DNA from: Phycisphaerales bacterium
GTDB taxonomy: Bacteria > Planctomycetota > Phycisphaerae > Phycisphaerales > UBA1924
Direction of reading: 5' to 3'
NCBI GenBank assembly: GCA_020853975.1
Contig: JADYXW010000043.1
Location: forward strand, 16,045 to 80,044
Length of the DNA: 64,000 nt
Shown here: piece after piece, positions 8,146 through 17,200 of the stretch
Layout of the letters: each line of letters opens with the position of its first letter
How positions within the stretch are numbered: position 1 is the first letter of the stretch
Translations under genes and position numbers: made by a program
The notes under the pieces: model-generated
Database searches by the model: none
What the model was told of the DNA's origin: nothing
What the model saw: the letters and a program-made list of their open reading frames with translations, nothing else

Positions 8146-10158
8146 ATGACACTGTTCGACATCCAGCCCGCGGGGCAGGCGGGGGAGCGCGAGTGGCTGC
8201 TCGCCAACGGCCTGGGCGGGTTCGCGATGGGCACGGCCAGCGGCGTGCCCGCGCGGCGCTATCACGCGATGCTGATCGGGGCGACGACGCCCCCGGTGGG
8301 GCGCGTGGTCGGGCTCGGGGGTGTGGCGGACCTGCTTGAGGCGGAGGTGCAGACTCCGAGGGGGCCGGCGCGCGAGAGGCGGGCGCTGAGCTCGTTCGCA
8401 TTCAAGGACTGGGGCGGCACGTTTGCGCCCGCGCCGGTGCGGTGCTGGGGAGGGGTGGGCGAGGTGTCGTGGGAGTTTCGGCCTTGGGGGGCCGCCCGGC
8501 CCGGGCGCGTGGTGCGGACGCTGAGACTGGCGGACAAGCGCAACGCGGCGGAGGTGAGCTATCAGGTGGACGCGCCGGGCCCGGCGTGGCTGGAACTTTC
8601 GCCCTTGGTCGCGCTGAGGAACTTTCACGACCTTGTGGAGGGCAGGAGCGAGGACGGGGAGTTCCGCGTCGAGGCCGAGGGCGCGCACGGGCTGGTGGTG
8701 CGCCGGGGCGGGTGGGCGGTGCACCTTCGGGTGCCGGGGGGCCGGTTGGCGCTGAGGCGAGACTGGTGGTGGAACTTCGAGTATCGGCGCGACCGCGAGC
8801 GAGGGCAGGATTTCACGGAGGACTTGTTGTGCCCGGGGTCGTTCACGGCGCCCGCGGGAGGGGGCGTGACGCTGCTGGCGTGGATGGACGAGGACGCGCC
8901 GCCGGTGCGCGTGGACGTGGGGGCGCTGCGGGCGCGTGTGGCGAAGAGTGCCGCGGCGCTGGGGGGCGAACCCGAGGTGGCGACGAGGCTCGCGACGGCG
9001 GCGGATCCCTTTGTGGTGATGCGGCGCACGGGGACCGGGAGCGGGGCAACGAGCATCATCGCGGGCTATCCCTGGTTCAGCGACTGGGGGCGAGACACGA
9101 TGATCGCTCTGCCGGGGCTGCTGCTCGCCACGGGGCGGCACGGGGAGGCGAAATCGGTCCTCGTCGCGTTTGCGGGGATGCAGAGGCGGGGGCTGGTGCC
9201 GAACTGCTTCGAGGATGCGGGCGGGGAGGCGCAGTACAACACGGTTGACGGCTCGCTGTGGTTCGTGCACGCCTGCCTGGAGTACCTGGAGGCGTCCAAG
9301 GACCGCGCGGGCTTTGGGCGGGACCTGCTCCCGGCGTGCCTGGGCGTGGTGCGGGCCTATCGCGAGGGGACCGACTTTGACATCCGCATGGACGAGACGG
9401 ACGGGCTGATCGCCGCGGGCACTGGGGCGACGCAGCTCACGTGGATGGACGCGGCGCGGGACGGTGTGGTGTTCACGCCGCGCGCGGGCAAGCCCGTGGA
9501 GATCGCGGCGCTGTGGGGCTCGGTGCTCGGAAGACTGGGGGCGGTCGCGCCCGAGGCGGACGCGAAATCGCTGCGCGACCTGGCGGCGGAAGTGGCTGCG
9601 TCCGTGCGAGTGCGGTTCTGGAACCCGTCCCGCGGGTGCCTGTTTGACCGGCTGGAGCCCGACGGCGCCGGGGGGTGGCGCGGGGTGGACGAACTGAGGC
9701 CCAACCAGGTCTTCGCGGTGAGCCTGCCCGGGTCGCCCCTGTCGGCGCTCCAGCAGCGGAGCATCGTGGACATCGCGCGCGCGTGGCTGCTGACGCCCGT
9801 GGGCCTGCGGAGCCTGGACGCGGGCGAGGCGACCTATCTCGGGAGATACGAGGGGCCACTCTTCCAGCGGGACCGGGCGTATCACAATGGCACGGTGTGG
9901 CCGTACCTGATCGGCGCGTACGCGGAGGCGGTGCTGCGCGTGGGAGGCTTTGGTGTGGATGCGCGACGCGAAGCCCTCAGCGTGATCTCGCCCCTGGTCG
10001 CGGCGCTGGCGGGCAAGTACGAGGGGCGGGGTCCGGCGGCGTCGATCTGCGAGGTGTACGACGGCGACGAACCCCGGCGGTGCGAGGGCTGCCCGATGCA
10101 GGCGTGGAGCGTGGCGGAGGTCGCCCGGGTCTGGGCCCTGGTGGGGCGGCGCGCATGA
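8146..10158 (+). CDS. Amylo-alpha-1,6-glucosidase / glycogen debranching enzyme (GDE_N + GDE_C)
   Basis: EWLLANGLGGFAMGT, RRYHAML, IIAGYPWFSDWGRDTMIALPGL, QLTWMDA, RAGKPVE, AYHNGTVWP, CPMQAWS. Confidence 0.9.
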   Translation: MTLFDIQPAGQAGEREWLLANGLGGFAMGTASGVPARRYHAMLIGATTPPVGRVVGLGGVADLLEAEVQTPRGPARERRALSSFAFKDWGGTFAPAPVRCWGGVGEVSWEFRPWGAARPGRVVRTLRLADKRNAAEVSYQVDAPGPAWLELSPLVALRNFHDLVEGRSEDGEFRVEAEGAHGLVVRRGGWAVHLRVPGGRLALRRDWWWNFEYRRDRERGQDFTEDLLCPGSFTAPAGGGVTLLAWMDEDAPPVRVDVGALRARVAKSAAALGGEPEVATRLATAADPFVVMRRTGTGSGATSIIAGYPWFSDWGRDTMIALPGLLLATGRHGEAKSVLVAFAGMQRRGLVPNCFEDAGGEAQYNTVDGSLWFVHACLEYLEASKDRAGFGRDLLPACLGVVRAYREGTDFDIRMDETDGLIAAGTGATQLTWMDAARDGVVFTPRAGKPVEIAALWGSVLGRLGAVAPEADAKSLRDLAAEVAASVRVRFWNPSRGCLFDRLEPDGAGGWRGVDELRPNQVFAVSLPGSPLSALQQRSIVDIARAWLLTPVGLRSLDAGEATYLGRYEGPLFQRDRAYHNGTVWPYLIGAYAEAVLRVGGFGVDARREALSVISPLVAALAGKYEGRGPAASICEVYDGDEPRRCEGCPMQAWSVAEVARVWALVGRRA

Positions 10159-11126
10159 TCGTGGACGTGTCGGCCAGGCTGCCCGAAACGCTGGAGGATC
10201 TGCTGGGTCCAGGGCTTGCGGGCCGCTTGGACGCGCTGGATGTGGTTAGCCGCAAGGTGATGGCGGGGAAGATGCCCGGTGAGCGGCGGAGCAAGCGTCG
10301 GGGACGGAGCGTGGAGTTCGATGACTTCCGCGAATATGTGCCGGGGGATGATCCGCGGCACATCGACTGGAACGCGTGCGCCAGGCTGGACCGGCTGATC
10401 GTGAAGCTGTTCAGGGAGGAGGAGGACCTGTCGCTGCGCCTGATCGTGGACGCGTCGGCGTCGATGCAGACCGGGGCGCCATCGAAGCTGACCTTTGCGA
10501 TGAGGCTGGCGATGGCGCTGGCGTACGTGGGGCTGGTGAAGCAGAACAGGGTGAGCGTGGCGGTGTTCGGGAGAGAGCGCTGGCCCGGGGGTGTGCGCGC
10601 GCTCGCACCGCTGCGCGGGCGGGCGGGCGTGCAAAGGGTCGGCGCGTTCCTGCTGACGGCGGCGGCGGACATCCGCGCGAGCGGGCCGGGGCCGGCGGGG
10701 GCGCCCGCGGAGGCGCTGCGGGCGATCCTGCGTGGGAGGGCGGAGCGGGGCGTGAGCCTGCTCGTGAGCGACTTTCACTGGGACGAGGGCGCAGCGCCGG
10801 CGCTGGCGTACCTGGGCGCGGGGGTGGGGCTGGGCGGCGCGGACGCGTACGCGTTGCGCGTTCTGTCACCCTCGGAGCTGGACCCGGCGGCAGAGCCGGG
10901 GTTGTCGGGAGATCTGCGCCTGACGGACGTGGAATCGGCGCGTGCGGCGGAGGTGACTGTGACGCCCGCGAGCGTCGCGGCGTATCGCGCGGCGCTGGAG
11001 GCGGACACAAAGCGACTGCGGGTGACGAGCGCCGCCAGAGGCGTGGCGCTCGTTCGGGTGAGGTCCGACGCGCCGGTGGAAGAGGTCGTGCTTGGTTCGC
11101 TGCGGCGGGGCGGGATGCTGGGCTAG
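10155..11126 (+). CDS. DUF58 family (vWA-related) protein
   Basis: GRSVEFDDFREYVPGDDPRHIDWN, VKLFREE, MIDAS-like VDASASM; ATG overlaps the upstream TGA (ATGA). Confidence 0.85.
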   Translation: MIVDVSARLPETLEDLLGPGLAGRLDALDVVSRKVMAGKMPGERRSKRRGRSVEFDDFREYVPGDDPRHIDWNACARLDRLIVKLFREEEDLSLRLIVDASASMQTGAPSKLTFAMRLAMALAYVGLVKQNRVSVAVFGRERWPGGVRALAPLRGRAGVQRVGAFLLTAAADIRASGPGPAGAPAEALRAILRGRAERGVSLLVSDFHWDEGAAPALAYLGAGVGLGGADAYALRVLSPSELDPAAEPGLSGDLRLTDVESARAAEVTVTPASVAAYRAALEADTKRLRVTSAARGVALVRVRSDAPVEEVVLGSLRRGGMLG

Positions 11127-11656
11127 CTGCCCGAGGCGGCGTCGAGCCAGCGGAGCACGCGGGACGCGCGGGCGGCCTCGCTGTTCCAGATCGTGAGGGG
11201 AGGCAGCGACGGGCCGTGCGAGACGGTCGGCGCCGTCTCACGCGGGGGCTCGCGGTCCGAGGCGGAGTAGTCCGGCCTTACGCGGGAGAGGGCGTCCGGG
11301 TCCGGGCCGGGCGTGGGCTGGAAGCCGCCCTCGATTCGGAAGACCGTGCCCGCCGGGATGGCGGCGAGCGTGGCGAGGGTCTGCCCCTCCTTCTCGATGC
11401 TCCAGTATTCGGATCGTTCGAAGTACGCCGTCACGGCGCCGGCGCGTCTCGCGAATCGGGGTTGGCCCACGACCAGGGGCGAGGGAGAGTCCACCCGGTA
11501 GACGCGTTCGAAGGCGCCGTCCTGCCTCAGGTCCAGCGGGACCATGAGCGCGTCGATGCGGAGGGGGGAGGCGTCGACCGAGCCCGCGTTGATGGGGATC
11601 AGGTCCGAGGGCGGCTCCGCCAGAAGTGCCATGAGGATGAGCGCCGCAAAGCTCAC
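11123..11656 (-). CDS. Hypothetical exported protein (177 aa)
   Basis: GTG start with TAGAGT 5 nt upstream; hydrophobic N-terminus; protein-like composition in this frame; no family recognised. Confidence 0.6.
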   Translation of the reverse strand: MSFAALILMALLAEPPSDLIPINAGSVDASPLRIDALMVPLDLRQDGAFERVYRVDSPSPLVVGQPRFARRAGAVTAYFERSEYWSIEKEGQTLATLAAIPAGTVFRIEGGFQPTPGPDPDALSRVRPDYSASDREPPRETAPTVSHGPSLPPLTIWNSEAARASRVLRWLDAASGS

Positions 11657-11661
11657 GGACA

Positions 11662-11706
11662 ACTCTATCGGCGGTTTGGGGCCGGGGCGGCGAGCGTCCG
11701 TACAGT
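11662..11706. promoter_or_regulatory. Divergent -10 boxes (TAGAGT minus 11662-11667; TACAGT plus 11701-11706)
   Basis: 5 and 6 nt before the respective start codons. Confidence 0.55.
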
Positions 11707-11712
11707 GGCGGC

Positions 11713-12252
11713 ATGGGCGAAGTGGACCTGCTGCAACGTGCCCCGGTGTGGCGTGACTACCCCGCGATCCTGGCCGGGCACGGGCTGGACGTGGAGCGGC
11801 CTCTGGCTCCGGAGAGTTCGGAGGCGGCGAAGCGTCGGGCGGTGGAGATCCTCTGGGGGGCGCTGCGCGACACGGGCGTGTCGTGGATCGGGTTTTACGA
11901 CAAGGTGCCCGGCGCGCGGGAGATGGTGCTGGTCTGCCGCGAGCCGAAGCCGGCGTGCTCGCCGATCGGGCTGCACGGGATGTGCGGGAGGTGCTGGCAG
12001 GAGCGGGCGCCGGTGGTGGTGAAGGACGTGAGGACGCTGGGCGACGGGTACATCGCGTGTGACCCGAAGGATCTGTCGGAGGTGGTTGTGCCGCTGCTGA
12101 CCTCCGAGGGTGAGTGCCACAGCGTGCTGGACGTGGACAGCCACGAGGCGGGGGCGTTTGACACCCACGACGCGCAGGGCCTGACGAAGGTGCTGGTGGC
12201 GCTGGGGCTGACGACGTCCGGGGCCCTGGGGCTGAAGCCTCTGGTCCTGTGA
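11713..12252 (+). CDS. GAF-domain protein, free methionine-R-sulfoxide reductase (MsrC/YebR)-like
   Basis: SWIGFY, PAC..I...GMCG, YIACD...SEVVVP, VLDVDS....AFD: the three fRMsr-type cysteines appear retained. Confidence 0.8.
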   Translation: MGEVDLLQRAPVWRDYPAILAGHGLDVERPLAPESSEAAKRRAVEILWGALRDTGVSWIGFYDKVPGAREMVLVCREPKPACSPIGLHGMCGRCWQERAPVVVKDVRTLGDGYIACDPKDLSEVVVPLLTSEGECHSVLDVDSHEAGAFDTHDAQGLTKVLVALGLTTSGALGLKPLVL

Positions 12253-12258
12253 GGGTGG

Positions 12259-12915
12259 TCAGAAGGGCGTGGGGCTCTCGAAGCGCACGGCGTCGCCGGT
12301 CGCGGGATCGGTGAACTGCAGGACGGCGGCGTGGAGCATGAGCCGCGGGGCCGGGGAGCCGTCGCCATAGAGCGGGTCGCCCAGGATGGGGCACCCCAAA
12401 CCTCCCGGTCTGCCGCAGGGAAGTGTGGGGGGGAGCGCCGCGTGCACGCGGAGCTGGTGGCTTCTCCCCGTGAGGGGCTGGAACCAGACGCGGGTCGTGG
12501 CGGCGCCGCGCTCGAGAACGCGGAATCGCGTGTGCGCGGTCTTGCCCTGGGTGAAGTCCGCGATCTGGTGTGGGCGGCGGTCGACGTCGAGGCGGATGGG
12601 CACGCGGATGTCGCCCTCGCTTTGGGTGACGCGTCCGGAGAGGAGCGCGGTGTATTCCTTGTGAACACGGCGCTCCTCGAACTGGAGGGAGAGGTCGCGC
12701 TGGGCCGCGGCATCGAGGGCGACGAGCAGGAGGCCCGAGGTGTCCATGTCAAGGCGATGCACCATGAGGGTGCCGGTGGCGCCGGGGAACTCGCGGCGGA
12801 CGCGCGCGACGACGCAGTCGGCCTTCTCGGGTCCCTTGCCCGGGACGCTGAGCAGGCCCGAGGGCTTGTCGATGACGATCCAGAGCGGGGTGGACCTGAC
12901 GATGCGGAGCGGCAC
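12259..12915 (-). CDS. RluA-family RNA pseudouridine synthase
   Basis: IDKPSGLLSVPG, VHRLDMDTSG (catalytic Asp), PLTGRSHQLRVH, ILGDPLYG, LMLHA; GTG start at 12915 with TACCTT 5 nt upstream. Confidence 0.9.
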   Translation of the reverse strand: MPLRIVRSTPLWIVIDKPSGLLSVPGKGPEKADCVVARVRREFPGATGTLMVHRLDMDTSGLLLVALDAAAQRDLSLQFEERRVHKEYTALLSGRVTQSEGDIRVPIRLDVDRRPHQIADFTQGKTAHTRFRVLERGAATTRVWFQPLTGRSHQLRVHAALPPTLPCGRPGGLGCPILGDPLYGDGSPAPRLMLHAAVLQFTDPATGDAVRFESPTPF

Positions 12916-12920
12916 GGGCG

Positions 12921-12926
12921 AAGGTA
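12921..12926 (-). promoter_or_regulatory. Putative -10 (TACCTT) for leaderless RluA-family gene
   Basis: 5 nt before the GTG start. Confidence 0.5.
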
Positions 12927-12950
12927 GGCGTGCGGGGCCCGTGCACGGGG

Positions 12951-13553
12951 TCAGTCGAGGCGGCGCGGGTTGACGGTGGAGACCAGCCGGATGGTGGGGG
13001 CCTCGAGGTCGGCGTGGAACGCAGCGTCCTGGTAGTCGTTGGCCCGGACGGTGATGTCGACCGTGGCGCGGCGGAGGCGCGGGCCCACGTCGTACTCCAA
13101 GGTGAAGCGGAGGTCGGCGACGCCGGTGAGCATGGGTCGCTCGATGGGGGTCTGGGCGACGCCGTTCACGAAGTCGGTCTGGACGTACCACAGCTCGTAG
13201 GGCCCCCGCTCGGCGGTGGAGGGGTCGCGGCGCTCGATCTGCACGACCTGGCGGTTGCCCGCGCCGTCGTCGCGGGTGAGGAACTCGATGGAGGTGCTGG
13301 AGAGGGGATTGGCGGAGGTGTCGTAGACGTCGTCGGGGTAGGGGCCGAAGTCGGTGCCGGTGCGGATCATGGTCATCATGCGCTGCATGACGAGGCGTGA
13401 GACGACGTTGGTGCTCGCGCCCTCGGTGGTGACCTTGTAGCTGCGGTAGGAGGTGTCGAGGGCAGTGAGGGTGGCGGTGAGCAGGGTGGCGGTGATGGTG
13501 AGGGCGATGAGCATCTCGGCGATGCTGAAGCCCGTGGGGCGGCGCGTGTTCAT
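12951..13553 (-). CDS. Type IV prepilin-like minor pilin (PilW/GspJ-like)
   Basis: Class III signal RPTG|FSIAEMLIAL (E5); start overlaps the upstream stop codon. Confidence 0.85.
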   Translation of the reverse strand: MNTRRPTGFSIAEMLIALTITATLLTATLTALDTSYRSYKVTTEGASTNVVSRLVMQRMMTMIRTGTDFGPYPDDVYDTSANPLSSTSIEFLTRDDGAGNRQVVQIERRDPSTAERGPYELWYVQTDFVNGVAQTPIERPMLTGVADLRFTLEYDVGPRLRRATVDITVRANDYQDAAFHADLEAPTIRLVSTVNPRRLD

Positions 13554-16432
13554 CGGTAACCCTCCCGGTAGGTGCCAGCGATGGGGGTGATCTGCATGGG
13601 GAGCATGATGCCGTCGGGGAGTTTCATGTTCGGGTCGAAGCGGAGGCGGATGCGGCCGTAGCCGTAGAACGGCACGGCGGTGGAGCCGCTGGGCTGAGCC
13701 TGGTCGGCGTTGACATCGGCCAGGCCGTCGCCGTCGGTGTCCCAGCCCGCGATGCGCTGGCCGTTGACGATCGGGAGGGTGGAGGGGTCGACGGACTCGG
13801 CGTCGCCGTCGGCGGAGCCGAAGTAGCCGAGGGTGGTGTTGAAGTCGGCGGGGTTGCCGACGGCTGCGCCGGTAACGTCGATGAGTGGCGCCTGGCCATA
13901 GGTGGGGGTGAAGGTGAGCAGGAGTGCGCCGTCGATCTCGACGTTGCCCCGGGCGTCGAGGACTCCGGCGATGATGGCGCCCTTGAGGTCCAGGTTCTGC
14001 GCGGGCGGGCTGTTGAAGGAGCCGAGGTCGACTGAGTAGTTCGGCAGCATCATGGAGGTCTTGGCGATCTCGCGGGCGTCTGCGGGGTCGGGGTTGTAGT
14101 TGGAGTTGTCGGGGTAGGCGGGGTGCTTCTGCGAGAAACGTGTGGCGCCGGTGAACTGGACCTTGTTGCGGGTCTGGGTGTAGCCGGTGGGCGCGTCGCT
14201 GATGATGCTGCCGACAAAGAGGCAGTCGTGGAAGCGGAGGTTGTTGGATCGGCCGCGGGTGTCGGTGATGCGTTTGCCGCTGATCACCAGGGGGTCGGGG
14301 AGGAGGTCATAGCCGGGGCGCGTGGTCTGGGTGCTGTCGAGGTCGGCCTTGTCGAGGGGTGTGGAGGCCATGAGGATGGCCTGGTTGGGCGGGATGGCGG
14401 TGGAGGGGAGCATGGTGGGGTAGTTGGTCCCGCCGTAGATCGTGCGCGGGATGGAGAGGGCGGGCGCCGCGGGGCTTCCCGAGAGGGTCATCTTGCCGTA
14501 TTCACCCCAGAGGCGGTTGGTGTTGCTGGTGTCGGTGCGGACCCAGGTGACGCCAACGAAGGTGCAGCCGACGAACAGACCGTTGTTGCCCATGGGGATC
14601 TGCACATCGCGGAAGGTCATGTTGTAATAGACGGGGCGGAAGTAGACGTCGGAGTAGGACGGCGAGTTGTACGGCATCTTCTCCCAGTAGGCGGTGGAGG
14701 CGTTGGCGGGGAGGCTGGTCGCGTCGGCGATGGCGTCGAGGCGGCGGAACCACGGTGCGCTCTGGTTCGCGGGGCGGGGCGCGGCGTAGGTCGCGAGCTG
14801 CGCCTCGGAGACACCGAGCTGCTGGGCGACCTGCGAAGAGAACGATGAGCCGTTGACTGCGTTCTGCAGCGCGGTGTGCTGGCCGGTGAAGACGCTGACG
14901 TCGACGGCCGGGAGATCGGTGTTGCCCACGCCGAAGGACGCGGGCGCGGTGCCCGCGGGTGGGGCGATGGGCCCGCGGAGCTTGGGGTTGAGGTCGCCCC
15001 GGTTGGATTCCCAGTCAGACGCGCCGACGCGGAACTTCAGCCCGCCCGAGACCTTGGCGTACTGGTCCTTGCGGTCGACGACGCCGTCCCGATAGCCCAG
15101 GACCTGGTCTCGTGCGAGGCCGTTGGCCGGGTCGAGGTCGGCGAAGATCTCGCCTGAGTCCCACTTGCCGTTGACGTTGGCGTCGAGGAATCCGTACACG
15201 CCGTTGCGGTTCCGGTCGGGGTTGTTGGAGTCGATGAGGAGGGCGAGATCCTCGTCGATGGCGGTGCCTCCCGAGCCGACGAACTCAGCGGCGAGGTTGG
15301 AGTGTGGGGTTCCGGCGCGGAGGGCGTCGGAGAGCGCGACCTTGCCGTCGTGGTTGCTGTCGAAGCGGTTGATGAAGATGTCGAGCTCGTCAACGTAGCC
15401 ATCGCCGGTGACGTCGGAGAAGAGGTCGTCGACCTGGCCGTCGCCGTTCACGTCCTGCGCGTCGGGGACCGCGGCACCCTCGACGGAATGGGCGGCGCGG
15501 AGGCGGTTGTCACCATCGACGTCGCTGGAGTTGACGGCGGAGAAGAAGGTGGTGAGGGCGGCGGTGAGGAGGGCGTCCTTGCCCATGAAGTCGGAGCGGA
15601 GGAGGAGGGGGTCGCCGTTGTTGAAGGTGACGGCGTCGAAGCGAGCGCCGATGTCGCCCGAGACCATGACGTTGGAGCCGATCATGATGCGGCTGGAGGA
15701 GACGATGGCGTTCTTGACGGACTTGGAGAGGCGGACGTCCTGCGAGATGGTGCGGGTGATGGGCGTGCCGCCCCGGGAGTAGCCGAAGTCGTAGCCCGTG
15801 GCGATGATTCGGATGTCGGTGCCGTTGGCGAGCGGGGCGTAGGTGAGCTGGTAGGCCAGGGGCGGGTCGTTCTCGCCGCCGGTGCGGGGCTCGAGCGCGA
15901 CGCCCGGGGTGAAGACCCAGTTGGTGTCGGCGAAGTCGCTCGCGCTGCCCGCCGGAGCATTGCCGACGGTTGGGGTACTGATACCGAGGCTGGAGACGAT
16001 GTCCTGATCAAGGCTGTGAGACTGCGCGACCGCGGAGGCGAGGCCCGCGGGTGTGGAGAGGTCGAGCCGCCCGGTCTTGGGAGGCAGGACCTGCACGGTG
16101 CCCAGGGGGCCGGTGTTGCCTGTCCAGAAGTTCCAGCCGAAGGTGCCGTCGACGTCGCTGCCGGAGATGAGGAAGCGCGAGGCGGCCTCGGCGATTCGGG
16201 CCTTGCCCACGGCGAGCCCGGTCTCCGCGGCGGACTGGGCACGGTTCACGTGCAGGTGGGTGGCGGCGGTCGTGACGTTGCCCTTGCTGGCGATGGCCAT
16301 TGCGGCTGCGAGGGACCCGAAGAGCACGATGAACATCATCGCGAGCACGGCGGCGACGCCCCGGCGCGACCGGAGCATGCGCCGGGCGTAGCCGCGGGCG
16401 AGGCCAAGAGCGGACGTGTCGGGGGTGGTCAT
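13550..16432 (-). CDS. Very large PilX/GspK-like minor pilin (960 aa) with multiple DxDxDG Ca-binding loops
   Basis: SRRG|VAAVLAMMFI (hydrophobic, no E5); PilX-like AQSAAETGL..G; loops DVDGDN, DVNGDG, DVTGDGYVDELD, DSNHDG, DANVNG, DTDGDG; GGAG RBS before ATG 16432. Confidence 0.8.
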   Translation of the reverse strand: MTTPDTSALGLARGYARRMLRSRRGVAAVLAMMFIVLFGSLAAAMAIASKGNVTTAATHLHVNRAQSAAETGLAVGKARIAEAASRFLISGSDVDGTFGWNFWTGNTGPLGTVQVLPPKTGRLDLSTPAGLASAVAQSHSLDQDIVSSLGISTPTVGNAPAGSASDFADTNWVFTPGVALEPRTGGENDPPLAYQLTYAPLANGTDIRIIATGYDFGYSRGGTPITRTISQDVRLSKSVKNAIVSSSRIMIGSNVMVSGDIGARFDAVTFNNGDPLLLRSDFMGKDALLTAALTTFFSAVNSSDVDGDNRLRAAHSVEGAAVPDAQDVNGDGQVDDLFSDVTGDGYVDELDIFINRFDSNHDGKVALSDALRAGTPHSNLAAEFVGSGGTAIDEDLALLIDSNNPDRNRNGVYGFLDANVNGKWDSGEIFADLDPANGLARDQVLGYRDGVVDRKDQYAKVSGGLKFRVGASDWESNRGDLNPKLRGPIAPPAGTAPASFGVGNTDLPAVDVSVFTGQHTALQNAVNGSSFSSQVAQQLGVSEAQLATYAAPRPANQSAPWFRRLDAIADATSLPANASTAYWEKMPYNSPSYSDVYFRPVYYNMTFRDVQIPMGNNGLFVGCTFVGVTWVRTDTSNTNRLWGEYGKMTLSGSPAAPALSIPRTIYGGTNYPTMLPSTAIPPNQAILMASTPLDKADLDSTQTTRPGYDLLPDPLVISGKRITDTRGRSNNLRFHDCLFVGSIISDAPTGYTQTRNKVQFTGATRFSQKHPAYPDNSNYNPDPADAREIAKTSMMLPNYSVDLGSFNSPPAQNLDLKGAIIAGVLDARGNVEIDGALLLTFTPTYGQAPLIDVTGAAVGNPADFNTTLGYFGSADGDAESVDPSTLPIVNGQRIAGWDTDGDGLADVNADQAQPSGSTAVPFYGYGRIRLRFDPNMKLPDGIMLPMQITPIAGTYREGYR

Positions 16433-16475
16433 GGACGGTCTCCACTCACGCGGGCAGAACACCGGGCGGGCGCGG

Positions 16476-17156
16476 TTACTGGGCGGGCACGATCCAGGTC
16501 AGGCGGGTGACCTCGTCCCACTGCGTTGAGTTGGTTTCCTGGTGCTCGACGAGGACGGTGACGCGGAGTGGGAAGGCGTCGACGCCGATGGCGGGAACCT
16601 GGGAGGTCGCGGCCTGCGTGTAGGCGACGGCGCGGGACTGGCTGAAGTTGTACGGGTCGACCTTCTCGACAGTGATGCGCTGGCGCCAGCCGACGAGAGG
16701 GATGACCTCGCCGTTGTCCGTGAGGACCACGCCATTGAGGTCTGTCTGCGGGACGATTCCGCCGAAGGCGTCGATGGGCCCGGTGAAGTCTCCGCCGGAG
16801 CCGAAGGTGAGGCCGTCGAGGTCGTCGAGATCATCGAGGTCGTCGAGGTCGGTCTCGCCCTCTTCGGGACCCCAGCCGACGACGGTGGCGCCGGAGCCCG
16901 AGCCCTGCAGGGCAAGGCCGGTGACGCGGTCGTGCCTTGGGAAACGGGAGGCCATCTCGCGGACTTCGTTGGCGAGGAGCATGCCGGTGGCGGCGTGGCT
17001 GGACCAGTTGTTGGAGCGTGTGAACGCCGCCTGGGCGTCGACGAAGGCGAGAACGCCGACGGCGATGATGATGAGCGCGAGCATGGCCTCGAGGAGGGTG
17101 AATCCCCTTCGGGCGACTCCCCTTGCCCGGCCCGAGAACGAACGGACGGTCGTCAT
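16476..17156 (-). CDS. Type IV prepilin-like minor pilin (PilV/MshD-like)
   Basis: ARRG|FTLLEAMLAL; acidic DLDDLDDLDDLDG motif; GGAGG RBS before ATG 17156 (alternative GTG at 17204). Confidence 0.85.
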   Translation of the reverse strand: MTTVRSFSGRARGVARRGFTLLEAMLALIIIAVGVLAFVDAQAAFTRSNNWSSHAATGMLLANEVREMASRFPRHDRVTGLALQGSGSGATVVGWGPEEGETDLDDLDDLDDLDGLTFGSGGDFTGPIDAFGGIVPQTDLNGVVLTDNGEVIPLVGWRQRITVEKVDPYNFSQSRAVAYTQAATSQVPAIGVDAFPLRVTVLVEHQETNSTQWDEVTRLTWIVPAQ

Positions 17157-17200
17157 GGCTCCTCCCGCCGGGCGAGTCCCGGCCCGGTGGAGAGCATCGG

